NCBI GenBank assembly: GCA_001805445.1
Contig: MHGF01000038.1
Location: 4,912 to 68,911, forward strand
Direction of reading: 5' to 3'
From: Omnitrophica WOR_2 bacterium GWF2_43_52
GTDB lineage: Bacteria; Omnitrophota; Gorgyraeia; Gygaellales; UBA12090
DNA: 64,000 nucleotides
The notes beneath the pieces are model-generated. The model was not told the DNA's origin. It made no database searches and saw only the letters and a list, made by a program, of their open reading frames with translations. The translations under genes and the position numbers were made by a program. Numbering within the stretch: the stretch's first letter is position 1; each line of letters opens with the position of its first letter. Positions 10,575-20,307 of this stretch are shown here, one piece after another.

Positions 10575-11885
10575 TTAATGTTTATGGTCCACATCTTCTA
10601 ATGCCGACTTTAACTTACTTTCCGAATCAATCAAGAAGTTACCGCTGGTTACCACCACATCCCCTTCTTCTAACCCATCGACAACCTCGTAATAATCCTC
10701 TACCTTCTGTCCCAGGCGCACTTCTCTAGCCTCCAAAGTATCATCCTCTAAAGACAGATACACAATTTTCCTTAAACCGGTATCCAAGACAGAGGAATCC
10801 CTAACCGCTATTTTACTACCTAAGTCCACCTTTATACTGGCATTAACAAACATCTCCGGCTTAAGTTTCCCCGCCGATTCTTTAATCTCCACCCTTACCT
10901 GATTGGTGCGGCTTGCGGCATCCAAAACCGGGCTTATCGCGGACACCTCTGCCTTAAATACCTCACCAGGATAAGCAATAGCCTCAATCTCAACCAACAG
11001 GCCTGTCTTAATCAGCCCAATCTCATATTCATAAATAGACACATATGCCCAGACGCTTTCTCCCGCCTCCGGCAAGGTTAGGCTGGTTTGAGCGCTCTTC
11101 TTCTCTTTAAGCATAGCTATCTGCGCCTCACTCATCCCTAAAAGTTTAAGCTTACGCCGCGATGCTTCAGTAAGGCTCTTGGCCCTTTCTATGAGTGATG
11201 AATCTTTCAGGTTATCCTCATTTTTAATCGCCTGGATAAATTCTTCCTGAGCTATTGCCAATTCCGGGTCATAGGCTATCTTGCCTGCTGCCCGGATAGT
11301 TTTAGACAAAGGCATTCTTTTGACTTCTTCGGTCTTGACCCCGATTAATTGCTGTTTTTTAGCAGTTATCATTACCTGCCGGGCTGTTTTTAAGGGAGCT
11401 TTTCCTATTTCTACCACCTTGCCGCTTGCAGTAGAAATTACTTCACCGCAAACCGGGCACATCAGCCTTTCCCCCGGTTTTATATTTACCCGCACATGCA
11501 TCGGACAGCCTTCCATGGTACAGCTGTGCTCAACACAAACTTCCTGTAAATTTTTCTCTTTCGCCGGGGTTATTTCACGTTTGGTTATCAAAGGAGAATC
11601 CGTCTTTAAATCTTCCTTAGCTTCCTCTTTAAGAACAAGTTTCATATTACAAATAGGGCAATCCCCGGGCCTATCTGAAGTATAAGAAGGATGCATGGGG
11701 CAGTAATAAAGAGGCTTCGCGGAGGTTTTTTTTGCTGGCGGCGCTTGAGATTTTTCTTGCATCTGATGGCCTTCATGTTGGGCAAATACAGCCTGCAGCG
11801 TATAAGGTATAACGGATAGAAAAAAGAGAAAAAACATACTTGCTATAGTGAATAATTGCTTACTTTTTGAAACCATTATCTTCAT
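10575..11885 (-). CDS. cusB: RND efflux membrane-fusion (periplasmic adaptor) protein, CusB-like, with N-terminal metal-binding motifs
   Basis: Two CPMHP...CPxCxM / CPMH...CPVCG motifs sit in the N-terminal region, followed by the beta-barrel/lipoyl MFP core. Confidence 0.8.
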   Translation of the reverse strand: MKIMVSKSKQLFTIASMFFLFFLSVIPYTLQAVFAQHEGHQMQEKSQAPPAKKTSAKPLYYCPMHPSYTSDRPGDCPICNMKLVLKEEAKEDLKTDSPLITKREITPAKEKNLQEVCVEHSCTMEGCPMHVRVNIKPGERLMCPVCGEVISTASGKVVEIGKAPLKTARQVMITAKKQQLIGVKTEEVKRMPLSKTIRAAGKIAYDPELAIAQEEFIQAIKNEDNLKDSSLIERAKSLTEASRRKLKLLGMSEAQIAMLKEKKSAQTSLTLPEAGESVWAYVSIYEYEIGLIKTGLLVEIEAIAYPGEVFKAEVSAISPVLDAASRTNQVRVEIKESAGKLKPEMFVNASIKVDLGSKIAVRDSSVLDTGLRKIVYLSLEDDTLEAREVRLGQKVEDYYEVVDGLEEGDVVVTSGNFLIDSESKLKSALEDVDHKH

Positions 11886-11921
11886 CTCCTATGTTAATGC
11901 CAGGCATAGACAACTCGCATA

Positions 11922-13232
11922 CTATTTGTTTATGGCTGGCATTATCCCCTCTCCTTTATGCCTCAAAGATAACCCGACTTCTTTTTCTAATTCAGACAAA
12001 TTCAGGTTGTATTCCACAAGCTCCCGGTAATAATCCAGCTTAGCATCTATATACATCCTTTCGCTATCTATCAGCATCATAAAATCGTATTTTCCGGCCC
12101 CTAAAGCCGCCAAAGAAGAAGAAATTGAGCTCTCTAATATAGGAAGAAGATTTGCCTTATATAAATGTATTTTGTTTTTTGCAATCTCTACCTTACTGGC
12201 TAAATCCCTCACTTCGGAATACATCTTATTACGCATTGCTTCATAAACCGCCTGCGCCTCTTCTACATTAGCCACTGCCTCTTTTATTTCATAGCGCTGC
12301 TTAGTCCAAAACCAAAAAGGCACACTCACTGCCATAGCCAAATCCCACGGCCCTATCCCCCCGGAGGTTATCCCTCTTAAACCTATCTCAGCCATTACAT
12401 CCGGGAAAACGCTCCTCTTAGCCAAAGATTTAGCATAGGTATTTTTTTCTATCGCATAGGAAAAGGCCTGTAATTCCGGCTGGTTAGTAAGGGCTGATTG
12501 ATAAAGGGCTTCAATATCCGTAGTAAATGAAGTGTCTTCTTCCACAATAGCTATCCCCAAAGGCACATGAGGAAGCCTATTTAACAGGGTATTTAACTTC
12601 GTTTCTTGCGCCTTTCTTTCTTCTTTAAGATTGGCTATCTCATTATTCAAACGGGCTATTTCTAAATGCAGCTTTAGGACATCTCCCTGCTCAAGCTTAC
12701 CCAGGCCATACTTAGCTTCCGCGACCTTAGCAGAATTCTCAAGCAATTTTACACTTTCTTCCTTTAACTCTCTCTCCTTATAATTCAGAAACAGGTTATA
12801 ATAAGCCTTCTTCACCTCGTTAAGAACCTCAAGCTCCATATCCTTATATTCAGCGGCGGTTATTTGAGATTCAACCACCGCAATTTTTCCTTTCAGGGAA
12901 AGCCTCCCGGACAAAGGAAACGCCTGCGATACCGAAAGCATCCTGTCTTCAGCCATTGTCTTGCCTAAGGCAAGGGTTCCCTTGGGTATCTTCTCTAAGG
13001 TAATGCCTACTTTAGGGTCCTCCCATGCCTTTGCCTGGGGAACGCGCGCCTTACTTGATTCCCATCGCTTCTTGGCCGCCAGTATTTCGGGATTATTGTT
13101 TTGCGCTTCTTTTATTAATCCCTCAAGCGATAAAAAGTCCTGCTCGGCCCAAACGCCACTATTAGGCAGGGATACCATCACTACCATCAACACAAAAATA
13201 ATCTTTTTAAACCTTATTTTCCAATTTCTCAT
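11922..13232 (-). CDS. TolC-family outer membrane efflux protein (CusC-like)
   Basis: Signal peptide plus duplicated coiled-coil/beta-barrel repeat architecture; 436 aa; first gene of the cusCBA-like operon. Confidence 0.8.
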   Translation of the reverse strand: MRNWKIRFKKIIFVLMVVMVSLPNSGVWAEQDFLSLEGLIKEAQNNNPEILAAKKRWESSKARVPQAKAWEDPKVGITLEKIPKGTLALGKTMAEDRMLSVSQAFPLSGRLSLKGKIAVVESQITAAEYKDMELEVLNEVKKAYYNLFLNYKERELKEESVKLLENSAKVAEAKYGLGKLEQGDVLKLHLEIARLNNEIANLKEERKAQETKLNTLLNRLPHVPLGIAIVEEDTSFTTDIEALYQSALTNQPELQAFSYAIEKNTYAKSLAKRSVFPDVMAEIGLRGITSGGIGPWDLAMAVSVPFWFWTKQRYEIKEAVANVEEAQAVYEAMRNKMYSEVRDLASKVEIAKNKIHLYKANLLPILESSISSSLAALGAGKYDFMMLIDSERMYIDAKLDYYRELVEYNLNLSELEKEVGLSLRHKGEGIMPAINK

Positions 13233-13254
13233 TTCTCACTTCTCATTTCTTGCC

Positions 13255-13539
13255 TCAAGCCGTTTTTCTAAACCGCGCGATAAGCTCCATAATCTCATCA
13301 ATTTTTTCCTGTTTTTCCTTATCGGACCTTCCCTTCAGGGCATTCGCCACGCAGGTATCCAAATGCTTCTTAAATATCTGGTCCTCAACCCGGTACAGCG
13401 CCCCGATTGCCGAATGCACCTGAGTAATGATATCCACGCAGTAGCGGCCATCTTCAATCATCTTCTGCACTCCGCGCACCTGCCCTTCAATCTTTTTCAA
13501 GAAAGCGATTTGTTCTATATGCGTGGTTTTTTTAGCCAT
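13255..13539 (-). CDS. csoR: CsoR/RcnR-family (DUF156) metal-sensing transcriptional repressor
   Basis: 94 aa with GRYCVDIITQVHSAIGAL, which carries the C-H-C Cu(I) ligand positions. Confidence 0.8.
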   Translation of the reverse strand: MAKKTTHIEQIAFLKKIEGQVRGVQKMIEDGRYCVDIITQVHSAIGALYRVEDQIFKKHLDTCVANALKGRSDKEKQEKIDEIMELIARFRKTA

Positions 13540-13596
13540 AGCCTTACTTTTTTAATTTCTCATTTATAACTTCCAACTTCTCATTTCTATAAGAGA

Positions 13597-13625
13597 GTAT
13601 ACAATACCCCCCTACCCTATGTCAA
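13597..13625 (-). promoter_or_regulatory. Predicted sigma70-type promoter of csoR; the spacer holds a C-tract element (ATACCCCCCTACCCTAT) as candidate operator
   Basis: The minus strand reads TTGACA-N18-TATACT about 55 nt upstream of the csoR ATG. The spacer GC tract recalls CsoR operators but is not palindromic. Confidence 0.4.
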
Positions 13626-13750
13626 GAGAAAAAAAACATCTTCCTCTCTTTAAAGATTTACCGTAGTTTGCGGTTACTAGAGATAAGGGCACTGTAGGAT
13701 AAAACCTTCCTTGGTTTCTTTAAAAGCGGCCGCCTGTAGCAGGGGCTGCC

Positions 13751-14389
13751 TTACTTTTGCTCTAAATCTCTGAGCATTTGTTTGCAGGCCTCGCGGATAT
13801 CGGTCGCGGCTTTTTGAGAAAGCACAAGATAAAAACCGCCTTTCATTTTTTCGTCGGTTTCCTCAAACATCGCCTCAACAAGCAGAGCGCTATCACCAGA
13901 AGCTGAAGAAGAAAGGATTATATTGATAATTTCATCAAGGGTCCCTGAAATAAGCGTGGGAGGAAGCGATAATACCACTCTCTTAACAATCATTCCGATG
14001 GCATTGAGGTATGAACTGATAACAATATTACCTATCTCTTTAATAGTCGATAACCCCAGTTCGGTCATCACCGATGACCTCTTGTCTTCTTCGGCAATCC
14101 TGGCCGATACGTTAATCAGCTTAAAGGCATTCTTTTCATCTAAGATAAATACCGCCTGGCCCTGTATCCCTGTAGTTATCCTGCATATAACCGCGATGCC
14201 CATCCGATCTAAATCTATTTTGTTAGAAACCCCCTCGCAGGAAACCATATCAACCGAGGGAATGGTAAGATAAATTTTCTTACCCAAAATCTCAGAAAGC
14301 GCGATACTACCGTGCGAAGCCGCGATGCTTCCTACTTCCCTAATAATATCTAATTCATCATGCATGCGAATCTCCTCCTTTAAAGACAC
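13751..14389 (-). CDS. CheC/CheX-family (CheY-P phosphatase-like) protein, paralogue 1
   Basis: LDIIREVGSIAASHGSIALSEIL and TIKEIGNIVISSYLNAIG...P match the duplicated E-x2-N-x22-P CheC repeats (compare B. subtilis CheC DALREVGNIGAGNAATALSQL). Confidence 0.65.
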   Translation of the reverse strand: MSLKEEIRMHDELDIIREVGSIAASHGSIALSEILGKKIYLTIPSVDMVSCEGVSNKIDLDRMGIAVICRITTGIQGQAVFILDEKNAFKLINVSARIAEEDKRSSVMTELGLSTIKEIGNIVISSYLNAIGMIVKRVVLSLPPTLISGTLDEIINIILSSSASGDSALLVEAMFEETDEKMKGGFYLVLSQKAATDIREACKQMLRDLEQK

Positions 14390-14416
14390 TCATTACCCTA
14401 GACAAATGCGGGCACA

Positions 14417-15031
14417 TTATTGCTTCTTGAGGTCTTCAAGCATCTGTTCACAGGCCGCCCTAATATCCGCGGCCGCCTTCTGGGATAACAACAGATAAAA
14501 ACTGCCTTTTATTTTTTGCTCCGGCTCTTCAAATACCGCTTCAATAAGCAAGGCATAATCATCAACCCCGGAAGAAGCAATAATAATGTTAATGATCTCA
14601 CTAATCGTTCCGGAAATAAGTGTTGGGGGAAGCGACAGGATTACCCTTTTCAAGATTACGCTTATAGCGCTTAGATACGCGTTAATGACGATACTGCCGA
14701 TTTCCTTGATCGTAGACATCCCCATCTCAGTAATTAATTCTGACTTTTTATCAACGTCGCTTACTGACGGCGATAACCCCAGCAACTTAAAGGCATTCCG
14801 TTCATCCAAGATAAAGGCAGACTCGCCTTTTAATCCCGTAAAAATTCTACAAACAACCGTAATCCCCGTCTCTTTCGCCCCTAGTTTCTTGGAAATATTG
14901 TTACAAGAGACCATATCAATAGACGGCATAAGAAGCGTTATTTTCTTTCCCAGAATCTCCGAGAGAGCCATCCCCCCATGTGCCGCGGCAATGCTTCCTA
15001 CCTCTCGCAAAATATCCATTTCATCCTTCAT
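14417..15031 (-). CDS. CheC/CheX-family protein, paralogue 2 (tandem duplicate)
   Basis: Colinear with the upstream paralogue over its full length (ILREVGSIAAAHGGMALSEILGKK ... IKEIGSIVINAYLSAIS). Confidence 0.65.
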   Translation of the reverse strand: MKDEMDILREVGSIAAAHGGMALSEILGKKITLLMPSIDMVSCNNISKKLGAKETGITVVCRIFTGLKGESAFILDERNAFKLLGLSPSVSDVDKKSELITEMGMSTIKEIGSIVINAYLSAISVILKRVILSLPPTLISGTISEIINIIIASSGVDDYALLIEAVFEEPEQKIKGSFYLLLSQKAAADIRAACEQMLEDLKKQ

Positions 15032-15059
15032 GGCTCCTCCTTGTGCTGGCCTTACTTTT

Positions 15060-15734
15060 TTACTTGGGTATACAGTGATTCAGTATATCAAAAATCGGCG
15101 CTAAACCCAACACATTTATTTTATTCGCGGCCCGCGGCGTTTTCATCAATAACAGTAAATCGTCACGCGTATCCACATCAAATGAAGCCCTTAAAAACCT
15201 ACAGCTTATTTTTGACTTTTTTAATCTGTCTATAGTTTGACGCAAAACATTTTTTGTTCCCCAGCGTATTCCTTTAAATATCTTCCCGGAAAAAGAAGAT
15301 AGCCCGATAAGATAATAGCCGCCGTCAAAGGCAGGGCCGAGGACGCACGTAGCCCTTTTTAATTTTACGAACGCATCGCGTACTGTTCGTTTATCGAGCA
15401 AAGGGCTATCTGAGCCAATCGCAATCACATGCCCTGCCCCATGCTTAAAAGCAAATTCAAATGCATGGGCTAACCTTTCTCCCAGATTATTTCCTTTTTG
15501 CAACTGGAGAGTAAGGCCGCTGCCCAGCCAACGCGTGATTTCTTTTTTCTTGTCAGCTGGCGTATAGAAGATTATCCTCTGGTAATTTGTATCATCTGTC
15601 CTTAAAAGCAGCGCCTCAACAAACAAACGGTAGAGACGCGCGGCCTTATCCGCGCCGATATGCTTTGCCAATCTTGTCTTAACCAAGCCTGCCTGAGGAT
15701 AGCGGATAAAGATGATGAGAATATCAGATTGCAT
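15060..15734 (-). CDS. DUF2064 / TIGR04282-family glycosyltransferase-like (nucleotidyltransferase-fold) protein
   Basis: ILIIFIRYPQAGLVKTRLA...GSDSP...GPAFDGGYYLIG matches the DUF2064 family. Confidence 0.55.
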   Translation of the reverse strand: MQSDILIIFIRYPQAGLVKTRLAKHIGADKAARLYRLFVEALLLRTDDTNYQRIIFYTPADKKKEITRWLGSGLTLQLQKGNNLGERLAHAFEFAFKHGAGHVIAIGSDSPLLDKRTVRDAFVKLKRATCVLGPAFDGGYYLIGLSSFSGKIFKGIRWGTKNVLRQTIDRLKKSKISCRFLRASFDVDTRDDLLLLMKTPRAANKINVLGLAPIFDILNHCIPK

Positions 15735-15779
15735 AGTTTAACAGCCAGCTCCTCTAGTGCTCCGTTACCTTAATTCTTA

Positions 15780-15910
15780 AAGGATACGGGATACCGAAAT
15801 TCCACATCGGCGTGCTGATGAAATACCTATCCGCGGAAAGGAAACGCTCGATATGGCGCTCTATGGGGTTCCAGGCCTCTTTAAGTTGTTCGGTAAGCTC
15901 TTTTCCGCTC
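15780..15910 (-). pseudogene. About 130-bp fragment of an FMN-dependent NADH-azoreductase gene (around 90% identical to 18259-18389), not translatable as a gene
   Basis: Direct nucleotide comparison. The block ggataccgaaattccacatcggcgtgctgat...ccgcggaaaggaa(a/c)cgctcgatatggcgctctatgg is shared with the intact azoR-like gene at 17948-18578. Confidence 0.6.
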
Positions 15911-16002
15911 TAAAAAATCACTGTGTATAACGGTTTACGAATAAAAGAAGTTGCCGAAGGCGAAGCAAATCTGCAGAGTTCCGAACCCTGGACGGATTTT
16001 TC

Positions 16003-17583
16003 TCATTTTCCCTCCACGAATACAGGAATTTTCTTTAATACTACTATAACTTTTCCATTAGCTATTGCTTTTGATTCTATTTTAAAGAAACTTGGATAAT
16101 CATTCTCATCCAAATCTGCTCCAGATTCTGTATTTGGAATTGCTTCGGTTATCTTAACTGATTTAAAGTCGCCTATATCTAAAATAATAGTTTTCGAATC
16201 CTGCTCTTCCTTCCAATAATCCCACCATGCTACATAGGTTGGGTTGCCATTCTTAATGAATTTATATAAATAAACATTATCAACTTCTGTTTTAATCGCT
16301 CTAATATTACTCCAATCGCTTCCTTTCAAAATTTCAATGAGTTTTTTGAATGCGTAATAGGAAAGCTTTTTTATGCCCTTCCCCGGATCTGGGCAGGGCA
16401 ACCATCCTTCGCTGCATTTCTGCTTTCTTGATTTCCCGTCAGGAATACCATTATAAATAAGCCCTATATAATTAAAATGTACATTGAACTCGCCTTGGTA
16501 TTTCCTATGTTCATAAACAGTTGACCAAGGGATTTTTTGGGTGTTGTTGGCAAGATTATAAATAAATCTTTTAGCCAAAAATTCTGCTTGCTGCTGTTCG
16601 CTTTGGTAATTATCCATCAAATGTTTTCTTTCTTGGATGTCTTTTCCTGAATAAGTTGCGCCTGCTCTTATCAGGAATTCTTTATCGCCATAGCCGTTAT
16701 TTTTCAAAAAATTAATAAAGTCTTTTGCTTCATAACCAGCCTCATTTTTCGCGTAATTATTAAATTCCCCGAACCAGTGCGATTCCCAGTAATCAAACGG
16801 CTCGTAGGCAAGCTTAGATTGTTTAAGCTTTGAAAATACAAGCCGGTAAAATTCGCCATGCTTGCCTTCAAGGTCAGTAAAGGAGCCGGCTCCAGCCAGA
16901 ACTATCTTTGACTGCGAAGATAGGTTTCTCAATATTTCTGCCGAATCAATTACGAAATTAACATACGCTGTGGCTGCCTTGTCACTATCTTTATCAAAGG
17001 TATCCTTGTATTCAGCATTAACTTCATTATAAAGGTTCCAGCGGACTACATACCAATCAGGATTGACCGACACTTTCCTCCCGTATGAATTCACAAAATT
17101 AACTAAAGCTGTTAGGTAATCCTTATATGCTTGCCGGGAAACTGAACCGTCCGGCAGATAGGTCTTTTTATCTTTCCTTTCTTTTCCGTCGATAAATTTA
17201 TAGTTTGAAGGAGGCCCAATGACAATCCATACGTGTGTCTTTCCTTGCCCCACCACTAAATCAATTAATTCTTTTGCCTGTGAAAAATCATACTGCTGGC
17301 AAGTAAATTTACCGCATTTCACTTCGGCTTGTTTCCTGCCTATTATATCAACGACGAATCCGGCTCCGTTGGCGTCTTTACTCAAACCAAGATCTTTTAA
17401 AATTGCAGGCAACGCGTTTCCTGCTTCCGTATCTTTTTGATCATAAGGATTACTTAAACCAAAAGGAATCTCTTCGGCTGAAAAGTTTGGTTCAGGGAAA
17501 GCAGGCTTTTGAAAAACCGAAAATGAACCACTACCCACAGCAATGATTATAACTGCAATGATCAAAATGATTAGTTTATTCAT
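16003..17583 (-). CDS. Secreted hypothetical protein, possibly a clan GH-A-like glycoside hydrolase
   Basis: N-terminal signal/TM MNKLIILIIAVIIIAVGSG. Internal NEVNAEY resembles the NEP catalytic-acid motif of TIM-barrel glycosidases. Weak. Confidence 0.4.
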   Translation of the reverse strand: MNKLIILIIAVIIIAVGSGSFSVFQKPAFPEPNFSAEEIPFGLSNPYDQKDTEAGNALPAILKDLGLSKDANGAGFVVDIIGRKQAEVKCGKFTCQQYDFSQAKELIDLVVGQGKTHVWIVIGPPSNYKFIDGKERKDKKTYLPDGSVSRQAYKDYLTALVNFVNSYGRKVSVNPDWYVVRWNLYNEVNAEYKDTFDKDSDKAATAYVNFVIDSAEILRNLSSQSKIVLAGAGSFTDLEGKHGEFYRLVFSKLKQSKLAYEPFDYWESHWFGEFNNYAKNEAGYEAKDFINFLKNNGYGDKEFLIRAGATYSGKDIQERKHLMDNYQSEQQQAEFLAKRFIYNLANNTQKIPWSTVYEHRKYQGEFNVHFNYIGLIYNGIPDGKSRKQKCSEGWLPCPDPGKGIKKLSYYAFKKLIEILKGSDWSNIRAIKTEVDNVYLYKFIKNGNPTYVAWWDYWKEEQDSKTIILDIGDFKSVKITEAIPNTESGADLDENDYPSFFKIESKAIANGKVIVVLKKIPVFVEGK

Positions 17584-17710
17584 ATTTTTTGTTGCACATT
17601 AACCCCGATTTGCCTGACTTTACCCTCATTCCAGAATATAACGCCTGAGTTTTGCAAACTTGAAAAAAGAAAGGCTTCGCGCTCCATAATCTTCAGACTG
17701 CCCGCCAAAC

Positions 17711-17742
17711 TAAAAAGCCGGAGATTTAATTCCCCGGCTTTA
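17711..17742 (-). terminator. Rho-independent terminator downstream of the azoreductase gene
   Basis: The minus strand reads AGCCGGGG-aattaaat-CTCCGGCT followed by TTTTAG. Confidence 0.5.
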
Positions 17743-17947
17743 CATATTAAAACATATCCAATGCTTCTCATTGCCTTATCCGCTTTCTGCTTTATCTTCG
17801 CCTCCTTCGCCTCATCCATAGCAGCTATTATATCATCTCTAAGATACGCTTCAACGCTATTCTAACTTAAAAACCCTCTTTCCTGCCTTCACATCTCCCT
17901 GCTCTTTTCTGGCTCTTAATACCTAAAGGATAAGTACATAGTGTTCT

Positions 17948-18578
17948 TCATAAAGTATCTGCGGTTTTTCTTGCCAGCCCCTTCGCTTCTTCAATCTTCT
18001 CATTTTGTATCTCCGGCCCCATCGCGTCCATCGGTTGGGCATTAATAAAGGTGATATCGGTTATTCCCACAAATCCAAAAATAGCGCGCAGGTACGGCTC
18101 CTCGAAATCATAAGCGCGGAATGGGCTTTCCGGGCTGTAATCGCCGCCGCGGCTGGTAATCACTGTCATCTTTCGGTTCTTCACCAAGCCCTCAACCCCT
18201 TTCTCGGTGTAACGGAAAAGGTATTTTGGCTGAATAATCAAGTCAATGTACTGTTTCAAAGGATATGGGATACCGAAATTCCACATCGGCGTGCTGATTA
18301 AATACCCATCCGCGGAAAGGAACCGCTCGATATGGCGCTCTATGGGATTCCAAGCCTCTTTCTGCTTCTCGTTAAGCTCTTTTCCTCCCAATAAGACATA
18401 CTTGCCATCAATCATCTTTAAGGTAAGACTGGGAAGAGTATCAGTCGCAACGTTTAATTCGTCAATCTTACAATCGGGATTTTTTTTGCTCAAAGCTTCT
18501 AAAAATGCCTGGCTGACCTTAAGCGTCCGCGAATCATCCCCTCTCGGCGTGGCAATGATGTGTAATAGCTTTTTCATA
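17948..18578 (-). CDS. azoR: FMN-dependent NADH-azoreductase / NAD(P)H:quinone oxidoreductase (AcpD/AzoR family)
   Basis: MKKLLHIIATPRGDDSRTLKVSQAFLEAL...ISTPMWNFGIPYPLKQYIDLI is typical of AzoR. Start taken at MKKLLHI. Confidence 0.8.
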
Positions 18579-18763
18579 TTTTCACCCTCCTCAATGAGCA
18601 CTTGACTTATGGAGTCCGCAGGACGAACATAAGTCAATGTGCGAATTGATCCCGAAGCGTGCGAAGTAAATTTCGCAGAAATTTACGAGCGCTTACGCAA
18701 GGGATATTTAATGTATGCGAGTTGTCTATGCCTGGCATTGCTCATCCTTGACTACGGCGTATT

Positions 18764-19903
18764 TTACACCGCCATCGCGCTTTGGGCTTTTGCTTTTTCT
18801 TCTATGGAAGCAAGTAAAGAATCAAAAGATTTTTCAAAGGCGATAACCCCGTCATTAAGCAGCTTCGCGCATACCTCATTGATATCAATTGTGAGCGCCT
18901 TTAATTCCCTGATAACCTCCGCGGCAGGCGTTATATTCTTAGTCAATGCCTCTTTCACTATTCCATGATCCAGAAATGCCTCAAGGGTAGTATCGGGAAC
19001 AGTATTCACCGTATTTTGGGAAATCAATTCACTCACGTATTTTATATCGCTATAGCGCGGATTCTTGCTTGAGGTTGAGGCCCAGACGATACGCTGTAGC
19101 GATGCGCCCTTATCCTCAAGCTGCTTCCATTCAGGCGATTGATAAATCTCTAAAAACTTACCATAAATAAGCCCGCAGTTACTCACTGCCGCCTTGCCTC
19201 TTAACGATTGTAAACGTACAGCTTCCTCCTGATTTGGCGCATTCTTTATAAGTTGCTCTATGCTAGCATCAATTGCGGTATCTGTCCTGCTCACAAAGAC
19301 ACTGGCTACCGAATGTGTATCACTTAATCTTGCGCCTTTATCAGCCAGGCGCCGCATGCCTTTTAAGAATGCCTGCGCGGTCTTGATATACTGCTCTAAG
19401 GAAAATATGAGCGTGGCATTGACGTTCATGCCTTGCGCTAACAATGCTTCAATCGCGCCAAAGCCTTCCTCTGTAGCCGGGACCTTAAGCATCAGATTAG
19501 GACGGTTTACCTTTTTCCACAGTCTTTTTCCTTCCTCCACAGTATCTTGAGTCTGCCGGGCTAATTTAGGATTTATCTCTAAGCTTACATACCCGTCTAA
19601 TTTGTTGGTTTTCTCATAAAGCGGCCGGAATATATCAGTTGCCGCTTGCACATCGCTTATAGTAAGGTCATCATACACCTCAAAAACCGATTTCCCTTTC
19701 CTATGCAGTTGGGCAATCGTTTCGTCATAATCCTTACTTTGGCTGATTGCCTTATCAAATATGGTAGGATTAGAAGTAACTCCGCTCAATCCCTGCGCGA
19801 GCAGCGCTTTGAGTTTTCCGCTTGCAATCAAAGAACAGCTTATATTATCCAGCCAAATACTCTGTCCAAAATCCCTAAGATTTTCAATTGTCGTTTGAGC
19901 CAT
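18764..19903 (-). CDS. tal: Transaldolase (long form)
   Basis: NLRDFGQSIWLDNIS...GVTSNPTIFDKAI...MLKVPATEEG are conserved transaldolase motifs, including the Schiff-base lysine context. Confidence 0.85.
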   Translation of the reverse strand: MAQTTIENLRDFGQSIWLDNISCSLIASGKLKALLAQGLSGVTSNPTIFDKAISQSKDYDETIAQLHRKGKSVFEVYDDLTISDVQAATDIFRPLYEKTNKLDGYVSLEINPKLARQTQDTVEEGKRLWKKVNRPNLMLKVPATEEGFGAIEALLAQGMNVNATLIFSLEQYIKTAQAFLKGMRRLADKGARLSDTHSVASVFVSRTDTAIDASIEQLIKNAPNQEEAVRLQSLRGKAAVSNCGLIYGKFLEIYQSPEWKQLEDKGASLQRIVWASTSSKNPRYSDIKYVSELISQNTVNTVPDTTLEAFLDHGIVKEALTKNITPAAEVIRELKALTIDINEVCAKLLNDGVIAFEKSFDSLLASIEEKAKAQSAMAV

Positions 19904-20237
19904 CCTTATGTCCTCCTCTGTTTTCCTTTACTACGCATCTATACCAAAAATTTACCTAAAATATCTACTATAGTGTAACCGGTCGGTGAACGGGGGAAAT
20001 ATTTTCCCGCTCTTCCCTCTCCCCTCGTGGGAGAGGTTAGGCGAGGGGGAAAAATTGCGAGTTTCCACTATTTACTGACCCATTGCCTATTTAACCGCAT
20101 TCGTACTTTATTCAATCCTTACCTCATCGCCGCCTTCCGTCATAAAGTCTAGAAAATCGGGATCATCCATCTTTATGTAGGAGCGGACTATGTGTTCGCC
20201 CTGATTATCGTTCGGGCAGACACGCAGGTCTGCCCCT

Positions 20238-20275
20238 ACTCATATACCATCTGGTCAATTTGGCGTTCGTATTCC
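20238..20275. repeat. 36-bp direct repeat, left copy (actcatatac(c)atctggtcaatttggcgttcgtattcc), flanking the ORF6N gene
   Basis: Identical apart from a 1-nt indel to 21262-21298. Confidence 0.8.
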
Positions 20276-20307
20276 GATCTCTACTCGATTTTATTATTGC
20301 CAACTTT

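Noticed and set aside
10376-10601. Two overlapping mirror-image ORFs (72 and 69 aa) between cusA and cusB
   Set aside because: They are generated by the large palindromic element, since each strand reads the other arm. They are artefacts of the inverted repeat, not genes.
13597-13625. Calling the csoR upstream C-tract a bona fide CsoR operator
   Set aside because: ATACCCCCCTACCCTAT is not palindromic (no G-arm on the same strand), unlike characterised CsoR operators. It is kept only as a low-confidence candidate within the promoter.
17580-17819. 79-aa ORF between the secreted protein gene and azoR
   Set aside because: It overlaps the predicted azoR terminator hairpin. No RBS, no motif.
19978-20060. 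tRNA-like GC-rich stem-loops in the tal-ORF6N intergenic region
   Set aside because: The hairpins (cgggggaaatattttcccg, cctctcccctcgtgggagagg) do not form a cloverleaf and lack T-loop (GTTCRA) and anticodon-arm geometry. They are treated as REP-like hairpins instead.
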